The notes under the pieces: model-generated
Seen by the model: only the letters and a program-made list of their open reading frames with translations
Databases searched by the model: none
What the model was told of the DNA's origin: nothing
Program-made: the position numbers and the translations under genes
Part shown: one piece after another, positions 12,101 to 26,335 of the stretch
Layout of the letters: each line of letters opens with the position of its first letter
How positions within the stretch are numbered: the first letter of the stretch is position 1
IMG/VR virus record: IMGVR_UViG_3300045988_164075
DNA from: a virus
DNA: 64,000 bases
Direction: 5' to 3' (one strand)

Positions 12101-15100
12101 AATCAATATCATTTGGCTCAATTGGAATTATAAAAGGATTTATTTCTCCATCAATAATAGGTTCTGTTAAAGCACGTTCAACTTTACTTTTTATAATATT
12201 TCCGTTTTCATCGTATAAATGATCAATACCTTTTGTATTTACTAAATTATATAATTCTTCATACTGATAATTAAGTCCATCAATATTATAGTATTGAATC
12301 ATATTATGAGAAGGAACTAGTACAGATGCTATACCAGAATATTTACGTCTAATTCCACTTTTAACTAAGTTAGATGTTGTAGTAGCAATAAAAGCTCCAT
12401 TAATTGTTGCTGCGCTAAATGGTAATTTATAATCTAAATTTGCATTTTTAAAACTTTCATTAGCTAAATAAACAAATGATTGTGCTAACCCTAAAGTATC
12501 TTTGTCATCATTCATAAAAGCTTTAATTAATGATCTACCTAATATAGTATACAGTTGATCTTTATCTTTAGCTTTAATTGTTTCTGACAAATCATTCATG
12601 GATTCTTTAACAATCTGACCAATTTCTTTATAAATCTGAGTTACTAACTCATGTGTAAATCCATTTTGCTCTAAAGCACTAATCATTTGCGTCATTTCAG
12701 TAACCTCTGACATGTCTAAATGGTGGTCAGCGTTCATTTGAACTCCTCCAAACTTAGTAGACATTTCAATAGTAGTAAATGCATCAGAGTTACTTCATTT
12801 ACTTGAATCATTTATATTTCCTGCTCCAACTTTGATTGCAGATTTATTAACTAAATAAGCAATAAACTTATCTTTTAATTGCTCTTTGTTAACAATATTT
12901 TCAAGTATATCAATATTAGATTCAGAATATTCTAAACGATTTATGTCTTCATTAAATTTCATTGCTCAAGATCCACCAAATACTTGATCAATATCGTATA
13001 ATGTATTTATTATATGAGTTGTCTGAATAGTATTGTTTGTTTCTAATCCATTAGATTCAACTTCAGTTAGATCTCTAACAACTTCAATTAATCCATTCGG
13101 ATCTAAAATCGTTTTGATTGAATTTATTTTATAATATTTATTAGTTCGAATATCTTTAAAATATATAGGATCAAATGTATTATAATAATTTTCTAAAATA
13201 ATAGATTTGTTAATTGGAATACTATGCATTTTTTTAAAGATATTTTCTAATGAAATATCTGAACCATAAGAAATACGTCTTCTTTCATTACTTATATCAA
13301 AAACAGCCCATTTTAATAAAGTTGGTCTACCATACCGAGAATCGATATCATGCATAATAGTTTTTTTATCGCGCCCAACTCTTGCATCTAAGAGTGAATT
13401 ATTTTCTGCTCTAGATTCAAGTGGACTTGATAAACCAGATCCATCCATAGTATCTAATCCAGTATTTTCATCTCCTAACATATTTCAGGCTGTTCCCGCT
13501 TCATCGTTAATTACAGCAATTTTAATATTTGAAGCAACTCCATTTTCTAAATTTTGAGCAAATGGATGGTAAGTAGCTCCAAATATTACCATACGTTTAT
13601 ATTGAGCAATTAGTCGATTAGCTTCACTAAATTCAAAATATTCTTTGCTATCTAACTTTCCATCTTTGTTTTTATTCGGATGTGCATAAACACCTCCTAT
13701 CATCATATTATTATACTCATTTGATAATAGAGTATCAGTAATAAAATATGATTCTAAAATGGGATTTAGTTTAACTTTTCATTTTGGATTAAGTAAAGCA
13801 TCAAAATCAACTATTTTATTGAGATTAATTCTTTTACCTTTTTCATCAGTTACTTCAGCTAATGTAATTTCTCCATTTCTTTTATTAACTAATGATTTAA
13901 ATTCAGGTTTATTAAATGTTTGAGAAATAAAACTATCCTGATTAATATTTAAATTAAAGTTATTTACAAGTAAGTCCTTTAGGAATTTTCTTTTTTCTCT
14001 ATCTAAACGTTCTAACGTTTTATTTTGATCATTATAGACTTTAAAAAAGTTTTTAATAGTTTCGTTAGTTCGAGGGTATTTACTTAAGGCAGTTTTATAT
14101 GCATGTATATCTAAAAAGAAATCAACTCCCTTAGCATTAAATGCAGATTGAATACTTTTTAAACTGTGATTATATTTCGCAATGAATTCATCAATCTGTT
14201 CTAATGATGTAAATTCTGTATCAAAAGCAAGACTATAGTCAAACAATATATTCTGAACTAATGCATTTATTTGGTTTTTTCTAGTTTCTCCTAAAAGATG
14301 ATATAAAGGATCTAAAGTTCCATCTCCTTTTAAATAGTTATTTAAAATTTCTTTAATGTTTACTTCTCCTAGAGAAGTATTGATGGTTTTACCTATATTA
14401 TATGTTATTAGAAAATGTTTATTTTTATCAGAAAAAGTAGTCGGTTGTAAATAAATTAATCCCTCTAAATTATCTACTAGATTTTGATAAAAATCGTGCA
14501 TGATAGATAATCTTGCAACTTCACTAACTTTTAAATTAGCAGGTTTTTTAATTTTTCCATTAATGTTTATATCCGATCGAATTCTAGGAGATAATAAAAA
14601 ACCGCTTTCAATATTTTGTACTATTAAATTATGTGCAGCTACATTATTTGGATGTTCAATTGTTTCTGTAGGTGGATTAATTAGTCTATCAAATATTTCG
14701 TTATGATTATATACCAAACTAATAATTTGATATAATGGCAAGTTATTTCCCTCTGCATTTTTAATAATATTAATAGTATCCGAACCATTTGTTACACTTA
14801 ATACATTAGCTACTTTTCATATATCTTCTGTAAATGGAACTAAATTAACAAGATCGTGTTCTTTAGTTAAAATATCACTATTGTTTCCATCTAATAACGT
14901 CGTAGCTAACAATGGAACAAATAGTTCTGTTTTTGTATATTTTTCAACAGGATATACCTGAGGAATAATTTCAGCTATATTTTCTGGAATTATAAAAGAC
15001 ATAAAGTTATATATCAGATCGTTCAAAGATTGATCATTAATTTCTCCAAACGATCTATATATCATTTTGCCATTTTGATTTAATTCATAAGTAATAGTAA

Positions 15101-16463
15101 ATGTAATAGGTATATTATCTATAATAGATTCAATAACAATTCTATCATTACCTATAGTAATTCCGTACTGATTTAATTTTTCTTTAAATAAATCAGGATT
15201 AGATCTTCAATAAAAACCTGATGCCTGAATTAAACTTCTAATATCGTATGCTTGCTGCGATACTGGTCGTTCTTTTAAATCTCTGCTAGCAATTGTCTTT
15301 TTTTGTGGATCAAAGCCATATGCTGTATATTGCGATGGCACTGTTTTAAAAGCCATTTGAGTAAACATAGCTTTTATTTCAGAAGACATTTGAGGCGAGT
15401 ATATAAATTTCTTAATACCTCGTAATTTATCTAATAAATATGTTCTATAATTTTTAGATATAATTCGGTTTGAAAGTATATTATTTATATATGCGTCTAT
15501 TAACACAGACATATCTGCTTTAACTCCTTTGTTTAATTCTGAACGATATTCTATTAAATTTTCATTTTCTTGAATAGTCTTAATAAGTTTTGTCATTACA
15601 GAATTAAATCCTGTTAAAGTAATACTAGTATTATCTATTTCTAAACCAACTGCATTTACTTCAGGAAAGTAGTCTAACAATATTTTTGATAAATCACTAG
15701 CATGGTCTTCCGCGTTTGTATCTTCATTAGTACTAAAGCCAGTATAGTGTATTACATTAGGACCTCTGTATATATAACGATCTACATAAGACGAATTTGT
15801 CTTTGTATATTTTGGATTAATAGTAATAAACGGAATCTCACTCTGCAATAACTTATCAAACTGAGTTAAAATTACATATGCGTCATATGCATTATTAAAA
15901 GCACTATTACGATCAATTAATTCTGAATTAAATACAGTTTCAAAATTAGTTAATATTTCTGAAACTCTATTATCAAAATTTGCAAGATTCTCTAAATTTA
16001 ATGTTATAGATTCAGAATTACCTAAATATTTTGAAATATTAGAAGCTAATGTTTTTTTATAATTTAAAATAGAATCATTTAAAAAAGTGATATCAAATTC
16101 TTGTTTCTTTTCATTAGCATTAATAAACTCTCCAGAATATCTATTAAATATAGAACTTTCGATTAATTTAGCTCGAAATTGTCTTAACATATTTGAATAC
16201 TGTCCATTATTTCCGATGTAAAAATCAGGAGTAGAATCAGTTTCTGTATTTAATTTTAATCCTAGTTTATTATCTACTTGATCTATGTTATTAATAGTTA
16301 ACGGAGAGGTGCTAATAATAGCACCTTCCGTAAACATATTATATAACCTATCTGAGTCATTAAAGAATTCATCTAGAAACTCTTTAAATGATTCAGGTTT
16401 AGTTGTTTGCATCCGTTTTACTAACGGCAAAAATTTTGCAGAGTAATTACATTTAGCACTCAT
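6156..16463 (-). CDS. giant multidomain protein (~3000 aa after splicing), candidate crAss-type virion RNA polymerase/zincin protein, with exons 10785..16463, 8943..9836 and 6156..8585
   Basis: ATG 16463 (MSAKCNYSAKF) to TAA 6156-6158. All same-frame fragments are joined by TGA only (gaps checked codon by codon). Two group I introns interrupt the frame. NADHHLD (~12714-12734) resembles the beta-prime NADFDGD loop. HEFTH (6525-6539) is an HExxH zincin motif. Exon lengths of 5679, 894 and 2430 nt are all multiples of 3. Confidence 0.7.
8586..8942 (-). mobile_element. group I intron, ORF-less (~357 nt)
   Basis: On the coding strand it has P AATTCAGGGAAAC, Q AATCCTGATC, R GAGCAACGACTAG and S GAAGATATAGTCTGAAC. 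A P9 hairpin CTTATAG-GAAA-CTATAAG is followed by the tail ...GTAACATCATTG. The proposed 5' splice site follows ACGGAU (P1 CGGAU/GUCCG) and is less certain than the 3' site. Confidence 0.7.
9837..10784 (-). mobile_element. group I intron carrying a LAGLIDADG homing endonuclease (948 nt)
   Basis: P TAATTGCTGGAAAC, Q AATCAGCAGCC and R GGTTCAACGACTA lie at ~10671-10760, and S AAGATATAGTCTGATC at ~9862-9877. A P9 hairpin CTGTATA-GAAA-TATACAG precedes the tail CTAACACCATG. P1 is CGAU/GUCG with U.G at the junction after ...GGCUCCGAU (10785). The downstream exon starts AUUGAUAAA (9836). Confidence 0.8.
9899..10636 (-). CDS. LAGLIDADG homing endonuclease (245 aa, five in-frame TGA=Trp)
   Basis: ATG 10636 to TAA 9899-9901, translated by hand. 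The two LAGLIDADG-type motifs are NLIIAMSIGDGHI and GLAI(W)IMDDGSL. TGA occurs at CY(W)K(W)KLL, RE(W)EQ, AI(W)IM and TE(W)DLY. The ORF lies between the R and S elements of the intron. Confidence 0.8.
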
Positions 16464-19400
16464 TATTCTTTAATCTTTCTAATAAATAATTTTGAACATA
16501 TTCATCTAATACAAGCAAGTTTTCACCTAATAGTTCAGGTTGTTTAAATATTTGATAATACATATTAGCTGTTTCAGCAGATATTTCTTTATTAGAAAAT
16601 AGATCACTTAAATAGTTTGTTATAGACTTTCTTATATTAGAAGGTATTATATCTTTAATACTAATAAAGTATTCATACATTTGTTTATAACTGTTAAATG
16701 AATCAAATCTAAGTAATTCTCACTTATTATTGATCTTTGTTATTGTATACCCACTAGTTTCATTTTGCAAAGATATATAAAATGGAATAAAATTCAAAGT
16801 ATATGTTGGATTATCCTGAATCCGAACAAAATTATTTGAAGGTAAATTTGCGTTTTCTAATTTATTTTTAATTAGATTATCCATATCCTTTACAGTAATA
16901 AGCCTATATTCACCTGTTATAGAATCTATTTCTATTTGAGAATATGTGATATCGTTAGTTAAACGTTTTAATCTATCATTAATTTTTTCAATATTTTGAT
17001 TAATATCTAAACTAGTCTCAGGAGATAGATTATTTTCTTTTAAAAACGTATTAAATCTATTTAATTGTTCAACTTGTTCTTTTTGTTGATTAATTTCTTC
17101 TTGTTGAATAGATGTTTTAATAATTTGTGTTTTATCAATTGCATATATAGGTCCATGAAATTTAGATATATCTACTTTATAGTCTTTACGAGGATCTGTT
17201 AGGCCAAATATGTATCGAGTAATTGGTTCTTTAGTCTTGTGATCCTGTGCATAAATGCCATTTTTAAATAGACTAGAAGTAGACATAATACTATTCAGAA
17301 TATCTAAATTTTCAACTCCTGTAGATAAAGTATCTAATATTTCATTTGCTGTATGTTGTCATACAGAATTAACAGGAACTCATTTATATGTTCCATTAGA
17401 TTTTATATATTTTTGATAATTGTGTTGAGCTAAATAAGTTTGTAAAGTTTTGGGATCAATATGTTCTTTAAAATCTAATCCGTACATATTTCCTATTTTC
17501 TCAACTAATAAATAAATATTATCAATCGAATTACTTGAAACAGAAGTTATTTTCTCATCAATACTTTTAACTTTTTTATTGTCGAGACTATATAATACAA
17601 ATTGATCATACTCTTGTTTTACTAAGAATGATTTTATTTCATTTTGTCCAGTATCCTTATTTAAATAATTTAATGTAAACATAATTCCAGGAACTCTCCT
17701 ATAACTATTTTCCTTGGGAGTTCTATTAGACGAAGTATCTCGTTCTTTAGTTATGTGTAATCTTAGGTTATTAAATAAGATTTTTCTTATTTCTGAATTA
17801 GATTTTGCTAAGTTTAATATTTCTGTTGTAATTTGCCCTGCTCTAGTAGCGTAGACAACTTGATAATCTTGTCGAGCATGTTCGTTATAAATAGGGTTAG
17901 TTGATATACCCATTTCCTTAGCTTTTTCTATCTCTATACTTCTTTTTGCTATTTTAGCTCTAGACTCGATAATAATTTCAGATAATTGTTTTACTTGTTG
18001 AACTCCAAATAATACAAAACGCGCGTCAGACTGGACTAAATATGTAACATTGTTTTCAGAATCTAAAGTTGGATGCATATCCTTCTTAAATTCCATACTA
18101 TTAAGCATAAGATCACTACTAATTAAACCCATTGCCTTACCAGTAATTGCTTTTGCAACGGTGCGAGTGCGTTCATCTTTAATAGAATCTAACTCTTCAT
18201 CTTTAACTACAAAGGTAATATAATAGGGAAGTATTGTAAAATAATTATTAGCATTTAAATTATAAACGTCTCGATTTACTATACCATCAGAATCGTACGT
18301 TATATCTTGAATCATTTTAATGTCGCCATTATAATCTCCAAAACTATTAATAGTTAAAAGAATTGGAATACGTACATTTCGAACTCCTTTATTATCGTTA
18401 ATTGATATATCAGCTACTAATAAGCCTTGCTTACCTCTATTATATGGAACGATCTTTAACTTAGCGTCTTGTAACGAATTAACAATAGCTTTGTTTTTAT
18501 CTCTATTACTAGGTGCTAATAGATTTAATGAAATTTCTAGACGATTTTTTGTTTGATTATGTGTTTTATGATGCCCATGTAAAAAATAATTTGATAAACG
18601 ATAAACATACTGTATATACTTTGATTTAGGAATAGATTTTCTAAATTCAAATTGTTTATAAATAGAATTATCATTCTCATTTACATCATAGTCTCATAAA
18701 TTATTTGTAAATCAATCTAAGGTTAAATCAGATTCTATTGTTATATCTGTATTACTTGGTCTTAATAATGGAGCACTTTTTACAATAGAAGTAGTCTCAT
18801 CAGTTTTAGAATAAACTTTTGGTTTAGATTCTAAATTTGTTTCAGAAACAGTATCTTCAATTGCATTCTCTAGTGGAACTTCTCCTGACGGAACTGTATT
18901 TTGAGATGATAATTGGGTTTCGTTTAGATTACGTTCACCAATATCACTATTAGCAATAGTTGGTTCTGATTTTTGAGATTTATCAATAGGAGTATTTACT
19001 ACTGTAGGTTGATTCTCCTTTTGATCTTTATCAATTGTTGTTTGAGCAATAGGAGTTTCAGGCGTAGAAAACTCTGGTTCATAAGTTAAGTTAGAATATA
19101 CTGGATTACTTTCAATATTTAAAAGCGATCGTAGTCTTCAATTTTTAAACGCATCAATATCATTTTGTTTAATTTCAATGTTATTATTAACCGTTTCATC
19201 AAACTGTGTAGTTATATTTAAAGTATTTCTAAGATATTTATCGCTATCTAATATAACTGATCCTAGTGTTGAACGTTGTGTTAAAGTATATAGATTACGT
19301 AATGTACCTCACTCTTGAGCTTTATTTCTTCATTCTTTATCAATAACAACATAGTCAAATTCAGATCCTTGAACTGCATCTAAATTAATAACTTTAGCAT

Positions 19401-22400
19401 TTTGTGGCAATCCTGTATATTTTTTAGGATTATCTGTTATGATTGCTATATCATTTGATAAATGTGATAATTTGTTAATATAGTCTAAAAGTTGATCATT
19501 TGTATCTACAATTTTCTCTCCAACAAAAGTATTATTGTTTTCGTAATATTCTAATTTAATTCCGCTATTTCAATAAGATTTTGTATGATTCGACAACTGG
19601 ATTGAATCAATATCGGGATTATCTTCATAGTATTTAATTCCTTTTTCTAATATTGCATTTAATGTTATATAATTATCATTTTTTGCAATATTATTTGGAC
19701 GTAAAGTAGCGGTTAGATTTGGAGATTTAATTAGATATGTATCTTCAATCCCTCCAACTACAGTTTTTGAATTAATTGTAATTATAGAACTATCTTGTTT
19801 TTTATCTCCAAATGCATATACCATTACATTATTTGTAATAGCTCAATTAGATATTAATTCTAATTCAGGGCGAGTAAAATGACTTATCTCATCAATAAAT
19901 AAAATTTTATTTGGAGTATTATCAAATAAACTAGTTACCTTTGGAATTATAAAGTCTTTTAATGTGATATAATCATTATGTAATTCATAATCGTCGGTAG
20001 TTAACTCTCTTCCAAGGATAGCTTTAATAAAATCAGCTTTATTAAATATTTTACTATTATCTGCTTTAATTGAAGTTGCTAACTTACTAGCTTGCTCAGA
20101 AGTTGGGGCTAATGAAATAAAGGAACTTGTTTCATTAAACAGTGTTTTTAATAAATAACCTACAGCAGTAGTTTTACCTGTTCCTGCTCCTCCAAATGTG
20201 CAATAAAAATTATATAGCTTTAATTTATTTTTAATATAGTCGCTTAAATTTGGATCACTTGGAACTAAACCATTAATAATTTTATTAAATAGTTCCTTGT
20301 TGTAATTCATTGCGTATCCGATTCTTACAGCATGTTCCTGTGAAAAAATTGGAATTTTATCAAACTCATCACTAGATATAATTGGTTTTAGAGCTGCATA
20401 AAAATTTTGGCTCGGAGTAATTATAATAGATGCTAAATACATTAATACATCATAATCAGTTATAATATTATCATTATTAGTATTTAGATCAGTAGATTTT
20501 TGTTTATACAACTCTTTATCGTCAAATAATGCAATTAATTTATTCGCTAAATCATCATTAGTAAGTTTCTGTTCATAAATTGTTTCAAATACCTCTGTCT
20601 CAAATTTAATTGCCGAATCCTCAAAAGTATTAAAATTTTCTTCAGTAACTTCTTCTGTGGGTTTATACTTATTTCAAATTTCATTTAAATTAATATGAAA
20701 CATATCAAATACTCTTTGTTTAATAAGACTATTCTCATTTGTTAAAGAATTAACAAATAATTGTTTCATATTAATTGTAATATCTTTTTGAACACGAGCT
20801 TTTTGTTCTTGATTTTTCTGTGATACTTCGAGTAAAATATTTAGTTTATTTTCTAATAATTCAATATCGTTTGATAGATTATAAAATGTTTCAAAATCAA
20901 TTTCAGGTAAAGATAAATTTCCTAGGTATTTATTAATAGAATTATTTATACCTTCTCCATCAAAGTTTACACTAGCATTTAATATAGATTTTATTCCTTT
21001 AAGAAATAATAATAATTGTTCTAATTGAGTTTTAGCGTTTTTATCCTGAATAATATAATCTTTAATGTTTTTACTTGCTATAAATTTGTTATGTTCATTT
21101 GCAATAATGTTTAATAATTGGCTAGGTTGCCCACCTAAACTAATTGCAAATACATTCAATAATTCATATATAGGAGATGCCTTAACTTGGGATCTAATAT
21201 TATAATATTCATTTAAATATTCATCTAAACGATAAGTTCCAATTCTTGGAAATACATAATTAAAGAAATCTTCAATTTGATTTTCATCTAAATCAGTTTG
21301 TTCTAATTGATTCCTTATTTCAGCAAATTTAGATAACACTTGTTCAGGATCCTCATCTAAAGATGCTTGTAATTCATCTAACAAATTATTGAAGTTTTCA
21401 TATCCAGTTATACTATAGTCAAATGAAACTGGATTTCCCATTAACTCTAAGTCGGGATTATTTTTATATAAATTTTGAAGTCAGGTAATATAACGTTGTT
21501 TATAAGACAAACTATTTTCGTCTTGCTGTTTTTTAACAGAGCGTAATAAAGTTAATACGTCTAAATCTCCAAAATCTGCTGATAAATTATTATTTTTTAG
21601 ATAACTATAAAAATTTAATATTGACTGAGCATAATTATCTATATCAGTTGTTGTAGATGATATTGGACGATGTAATATATCTTGTCCTTCAGTAGATATT
21701 GGATTAGTAATAAGTAATGCTGTATTTTCAGTATATTGTTTTTGAATATTCTGGAGTATTTCTTTTTCCGAAATTAGTCTATTTATTTCCTCAGAATTTT
21801 TTTCCTCATTACTTTTAAGTTCCTCTATTTTAGCATTAATAGCATCTAAGTTATTTGCAATTCTACCTAATGTAGAATAACGTAAACCGTATATATTATC
21901 TGCAACTTTTGTTTCGTCATTTATTTTTAGTAGAGAGTCTTTTAACTGTTGACTTAAATTTAAAAATAAATCGTATGCTTTATAAACTTTAGCTTTTTCA
22001 TCTAATTGCGTATACGCACTAAAGTTTTCTTTAGCTGTTTTTTGTAAATCTTCATTTAGTAAATCTAAGTCTTTTCCATACATGGTTTTTACATAATCGT
22101 GCAGACCCATATTTACAAATGCCTGATTTATAGCACTATTAGTTGCAAAAATAGCTTGTCCAAAATAATATCCAGTACGTTCTCCATTTAATATAGCGTC
22201 TCTACGTGCACGTAAATTATTGATTTCTTGATTTAATTTTTGTATTTCTAAATTTTGTGCATTTTGTTCTGCAATTGCTTTTTGCGTTTCATTAGTAATA
22301 GGAGTGTTTGGAGTAGGTTGATTTAATTTAGATAATTCTGCAGATTTACGAACAATTTGTTCTGTAATGTTATTAAAATCACTAAATATTTGTGTAGTAA

Positions 22401-24501
22401 CTCCTGATGCTAGTGCGGCTTCGGCTACTTTATCATAAGGTCTCCCTTCTTGATCATATACTTGAAGTTTTTTTAATGTTTCATCAGATACTTTTAAACC
22501 TTCTGATGACATTAACTTATCTACTCTATCAATGTAATCAAGTAATTGATCATATACAACATCGTTTTGACTTTCTTCCTCCTCTGCATTATGAAACTTA
22601 ATTTGAGTTTCATCTCCAGTGTTTACTAACTCATATGTTTTTCCTGATAAGTTTACATCGCCTAATTTGCCCTTTTTATGTAAACGAGCTAATTCATTTC
22701 TTATATCATCAGTACGTCCTTGACGTATTAAATAAACAATTTCTTGAGCAGTTTGATTATCAGATGTAGTAGCTAAATTACTACTAATTCCGTGTAATCT
22801 ATTTTGTCATTTTCCATGTAATTGAAATACGGGTCCTCCAATTGCACCTCCAAAGAAAGACATAGCATAACGTTGAGCAGCATCGCTAGCTGATCAACCA
22901 AAATCTAAACGTCTTTCACTTTCAGTCATATCAATGCCTAAAGCATCTCCTGCAGCAAACAAAGCTTTGGTTAAATCAGAAGTTACTTCTTCCATTACCT
23001 CTTCTGTTGCTTCATTTAATGCAGAATCAACTAATTCATTACTACTATACTTTGCAAATTGATTTTGAAAAAATTGCTTTCCTCTAACGATAAAATTGGC
23101 AGCTTGTTTAGGAGTTGTAACAGATCATTTTGTTAAGTTTTCTTTTACCTCTTGCGCTAAATCTTTAACTGCTTTTTTAGCTGGATTTTGGTCTAAATAC
23201 GTTCCTTTGAATAAGAAATTTCTAAAGTAATCCATATTCATCAATCCATACATTCCTCCCATAACACTTAACATACCTAAACCTGCAACAGCATCAGTTG
23301 CCCCAGCATTTTTAAATTCTGAATAAGCTTGTTGAGAAGATGTACCTGCCATATAAGCAAGTGCTAGATTTCTACCTAATTTTTGTACTCGAACTGATTC
23401 TGGAGCTCCAGTTAAAATTCTTGGTATTTGTCCAATAACTCTTTGTTGGAAAAGTTGTAAAGATGTATCTTCAATCATCTTTCCAAGATTTTCTCAACTA
23501 AACATATTTTGTTGAGAATAATCAGAAACGTTAGAATCAAACCTAGCTGCATAACCTTCTATTTGATTTAATTTTTTAATAAAATCTGAATCATTATCTC
23601 CTCCAATAATTCCGTTAATACTTTTCATTAAAGTAGGAATTAATTGCGCTAATTCAGTTCCTGCAGATAAAGCTCCATACACTGATCCAACATATGGTAT
23701 TAACATAGGACCTACCTTAAATACTAGTTTTGATATAGTTCCTCCTAAACTTTTATCTAAACCATCAGAATCAAAAAAATCATATTTGTTTCACGCAGAT
23801 CCGTCTACTGTTAAAGTATCTTCAATACCTAAAACTTGCTTACCATATATTTCTCGATTACCTAATGTTTCATAATAAGTATCCCCATCTTCATTAAATT
23901 TGAGATCTCCTTTTTTATGCTGTAACGTTCGTCCATCAACTACATGTGTTCCATCTTCATCTCATGTAGCTAATACTAATGTAGGTCTATTTAAAGCTTT
24001 TCAAATTCCACCTTTTTCATTTGGAGTTCAATCTTCAAACTTCTGAGTTTCTCAATTAAATACTTTATTCTGTTGAGCTATTTCTCTAAAACTCATTGTT
24101 TGATTACCTCTACCAAATACATATTCTAATCCAGCAGAACGTCTTTCAGGATTTGCAACCTTTTGTATTGAAGGCAAATTATCTTTTACTTTACTTCCTG
24201 CAGGAGCAAAATAATCGAATGGATCATATTCATAAGTTTCTAAGAGTTTATTTTCAAACTTATTATTTGCATAATCATTATAGACAGTTAAGGCACTCTG
24301 ATAGAAACGATTAAATTTATTTTCATCAAATTGTCCATTCTCATTTTTAAAAGCATCAATTACTTCAGGAATATTTTTATAATATTCTCTAGTATTTATA
24401 CTTGTATTATCTGGAGTAATATCATTATTAGCAAAATCCTGTAGAGTCATATTAGGTTGGAATAGCAGTGTTGCAAACCAATCATTCTTCTTATTCTCCA
24501 T
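16453..24501 (-). CDS. giant virion-operon protein, 2682 aa, with Gly-zipper/hydrophobic N-terminal region and an embedded SF1 (RecD/Dda-like) helicase domain
   Basis: ATG 24501 (MENKKNDWF) to TAA 16453-16455. All 10 same-frame track fragments are joined by TGA only (every gap walked, no TAA/TAG). Walker A is FGGAGTGKTTAVGYL, Walker B is ILFIDEISHF (19843..20511 fragment), and DAVQGSEFDYVVID lies at ~19340-19380. It overlaps the next start by 11 nt. Confidence 0.8.
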
Positions 24502-24514
24502 ATTATTGCTTAAA

Positions 24515-26335
24515 TTAAAAATTTGTTTTTATTGCATTTTGATTACGTTTAGCAATTGCTTGATTTAATATATCTCTATAGTTAGATGTTGGAACTAATT
24601 CATTATTTGATTGATATGTCGCTATTTTTGTATCTACGATAGGCATAAATATAGAAGATTTATACATACTTCACCTACTAGACTTAGCTTCATTTGCTGG
24701 TTTTTTAGATTTAGTGGAGAAACCCTCTCCATAATTGATTTGCGTATCATAATAATCGGTAATTTCTTTACCTTGTTCTGTAGGTAAATGGCTAATTCAT
24801 TTCGAATCTTCATCTAAAGGCATTACTCTACTATTTGCATACCCAGTCATTATAATAAATGGTTTAACTGCGTTTGTATTAAATACAAAATTTCCTGTTT
24901 GTGAATCATAAGTTACATCTAAACCTAGAGTTTTCGCCTTTTCAAATTTTTCAACATTGGTAATATCAGGGAAATCATTTAAAAATTTTTGAAATTCTTC
25001 AAATCGTTCTTGAGATTCAAAATCAGGTTTATATGATCCATCTTGCTCAATAGTATATGGAAGTAGTACTCTATTAACCTGACTCGTACCGTCTCACAAT
25101 ACTTTATTAATATCTATATCTCTCACTTTTTGATCTCCAAAATATATAGATGATTTATCTACAATTTTCCCGATATCTGCTTTATCAAGTAATTGTTGTA
25201 AATTGGTTTGAGGTACTATATTGCCATTTTTATCTACAGGAGCACCATATGATTGAGCATAAGCACTAATTGCTATTTTTGAATCTGCTGGACTTAGTAA
25301 CATTTGACGACCTTCAATAATTCTTCCATTTGCAAGAGCTTCCAATTGACTAAGCTCTGTTTCATCTGGTTTTTTAGAACTACCACTACCACTACTTAAA
25401 CTATCGGTCATTTCTTTTTGGAATGCTAATTCTCTAGAATGTGTAGTATGTTCAGTTAACGCTAATCCAAGTAAATTTAATACTTCTGTTTTTGAATTTG
25501 GATTTCCGCCTTCTGCCGCAGTTTTAACTCTTAAAGCATGTAACATGTTACTAGGAAGTGTAGTATATAGATACTCTAATGCTCTTTCTGTACCTTGATC
25601 TTTATTTGTTATTTTATAATATCCATCAGGTCCTCCCATTAATAAACTTCTAAAACCATCTTCGATTTGTTCCTTGTTTTTTAAGGTATATCCTTCAATC
25701 GTTTTAGTTCCAAAATCTTTTATAACACCTTTCAGATAATTAACAATACTTTCCATTCCAACTGAATTAGAAAGATTATTTAATATATCTTGTCGATATG
25801 CTAATTCAGGTTGATGTTCTCTTAAACTTAAGAGCTGTGAATTAGTTAAAGCTTGGTATTTATCTTTATTAGAATAATATTCTGAAGGATCTACTGTTGA
25901 AATTCCATCATTTTCAGAATATACATACATTCTACCTTTATCATCAACAGCTGCTTCTGCTCATGATCTTTCTTTGGATAGCTGTTCTGTAGCAGCATCA
26001 TATAATTGTTTATTAAATTTAGTTCTATTTGCTAATGAACGTAGTTTAATAATATCTGAAACATTATAACTTTGATTAGTCGCCCCAAATAAGTTAGCAG
26101 AAAAATTTTTACTTTTATCTAATACAGCATTTGCTTGACGCAAAAATGTATCTACATCTGTTGGAATTCCATTTTCTGATATAATTTCTAATGCCTCTTT
26201 TGTAAATGTATCATCATTTGACAAGGTATTATTTGAAGTAGCAGTAGATATATTTCCTTGAACATTCTCATATGCATTATTAGGAATAAAGGGGGTATAG
26301 TATATACCCCCTGCATTATATTTTCTTATTTTCAT
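24515..26335 (-). CDS. virion/internal protein, 606 aa
   Basis: Fragments 25961..26335 and 25094..25930 plus an unlisted 3' part share one frame and are joined by TGA. It ends TAA 24515-24517. The N-terminus is MKIRKYNAGG. Confidence 0.75.

Noticed and set aside
1628-24501. The broken ORFs could be pseudogenes, a decaying prophage, or frameshift-rich sequence.
   Set aside because: Interruptions are exclusively TGA, never TAA or TAG, and never a frame change over tens of kb. Conserved motifs continue in frame across the TGAs.
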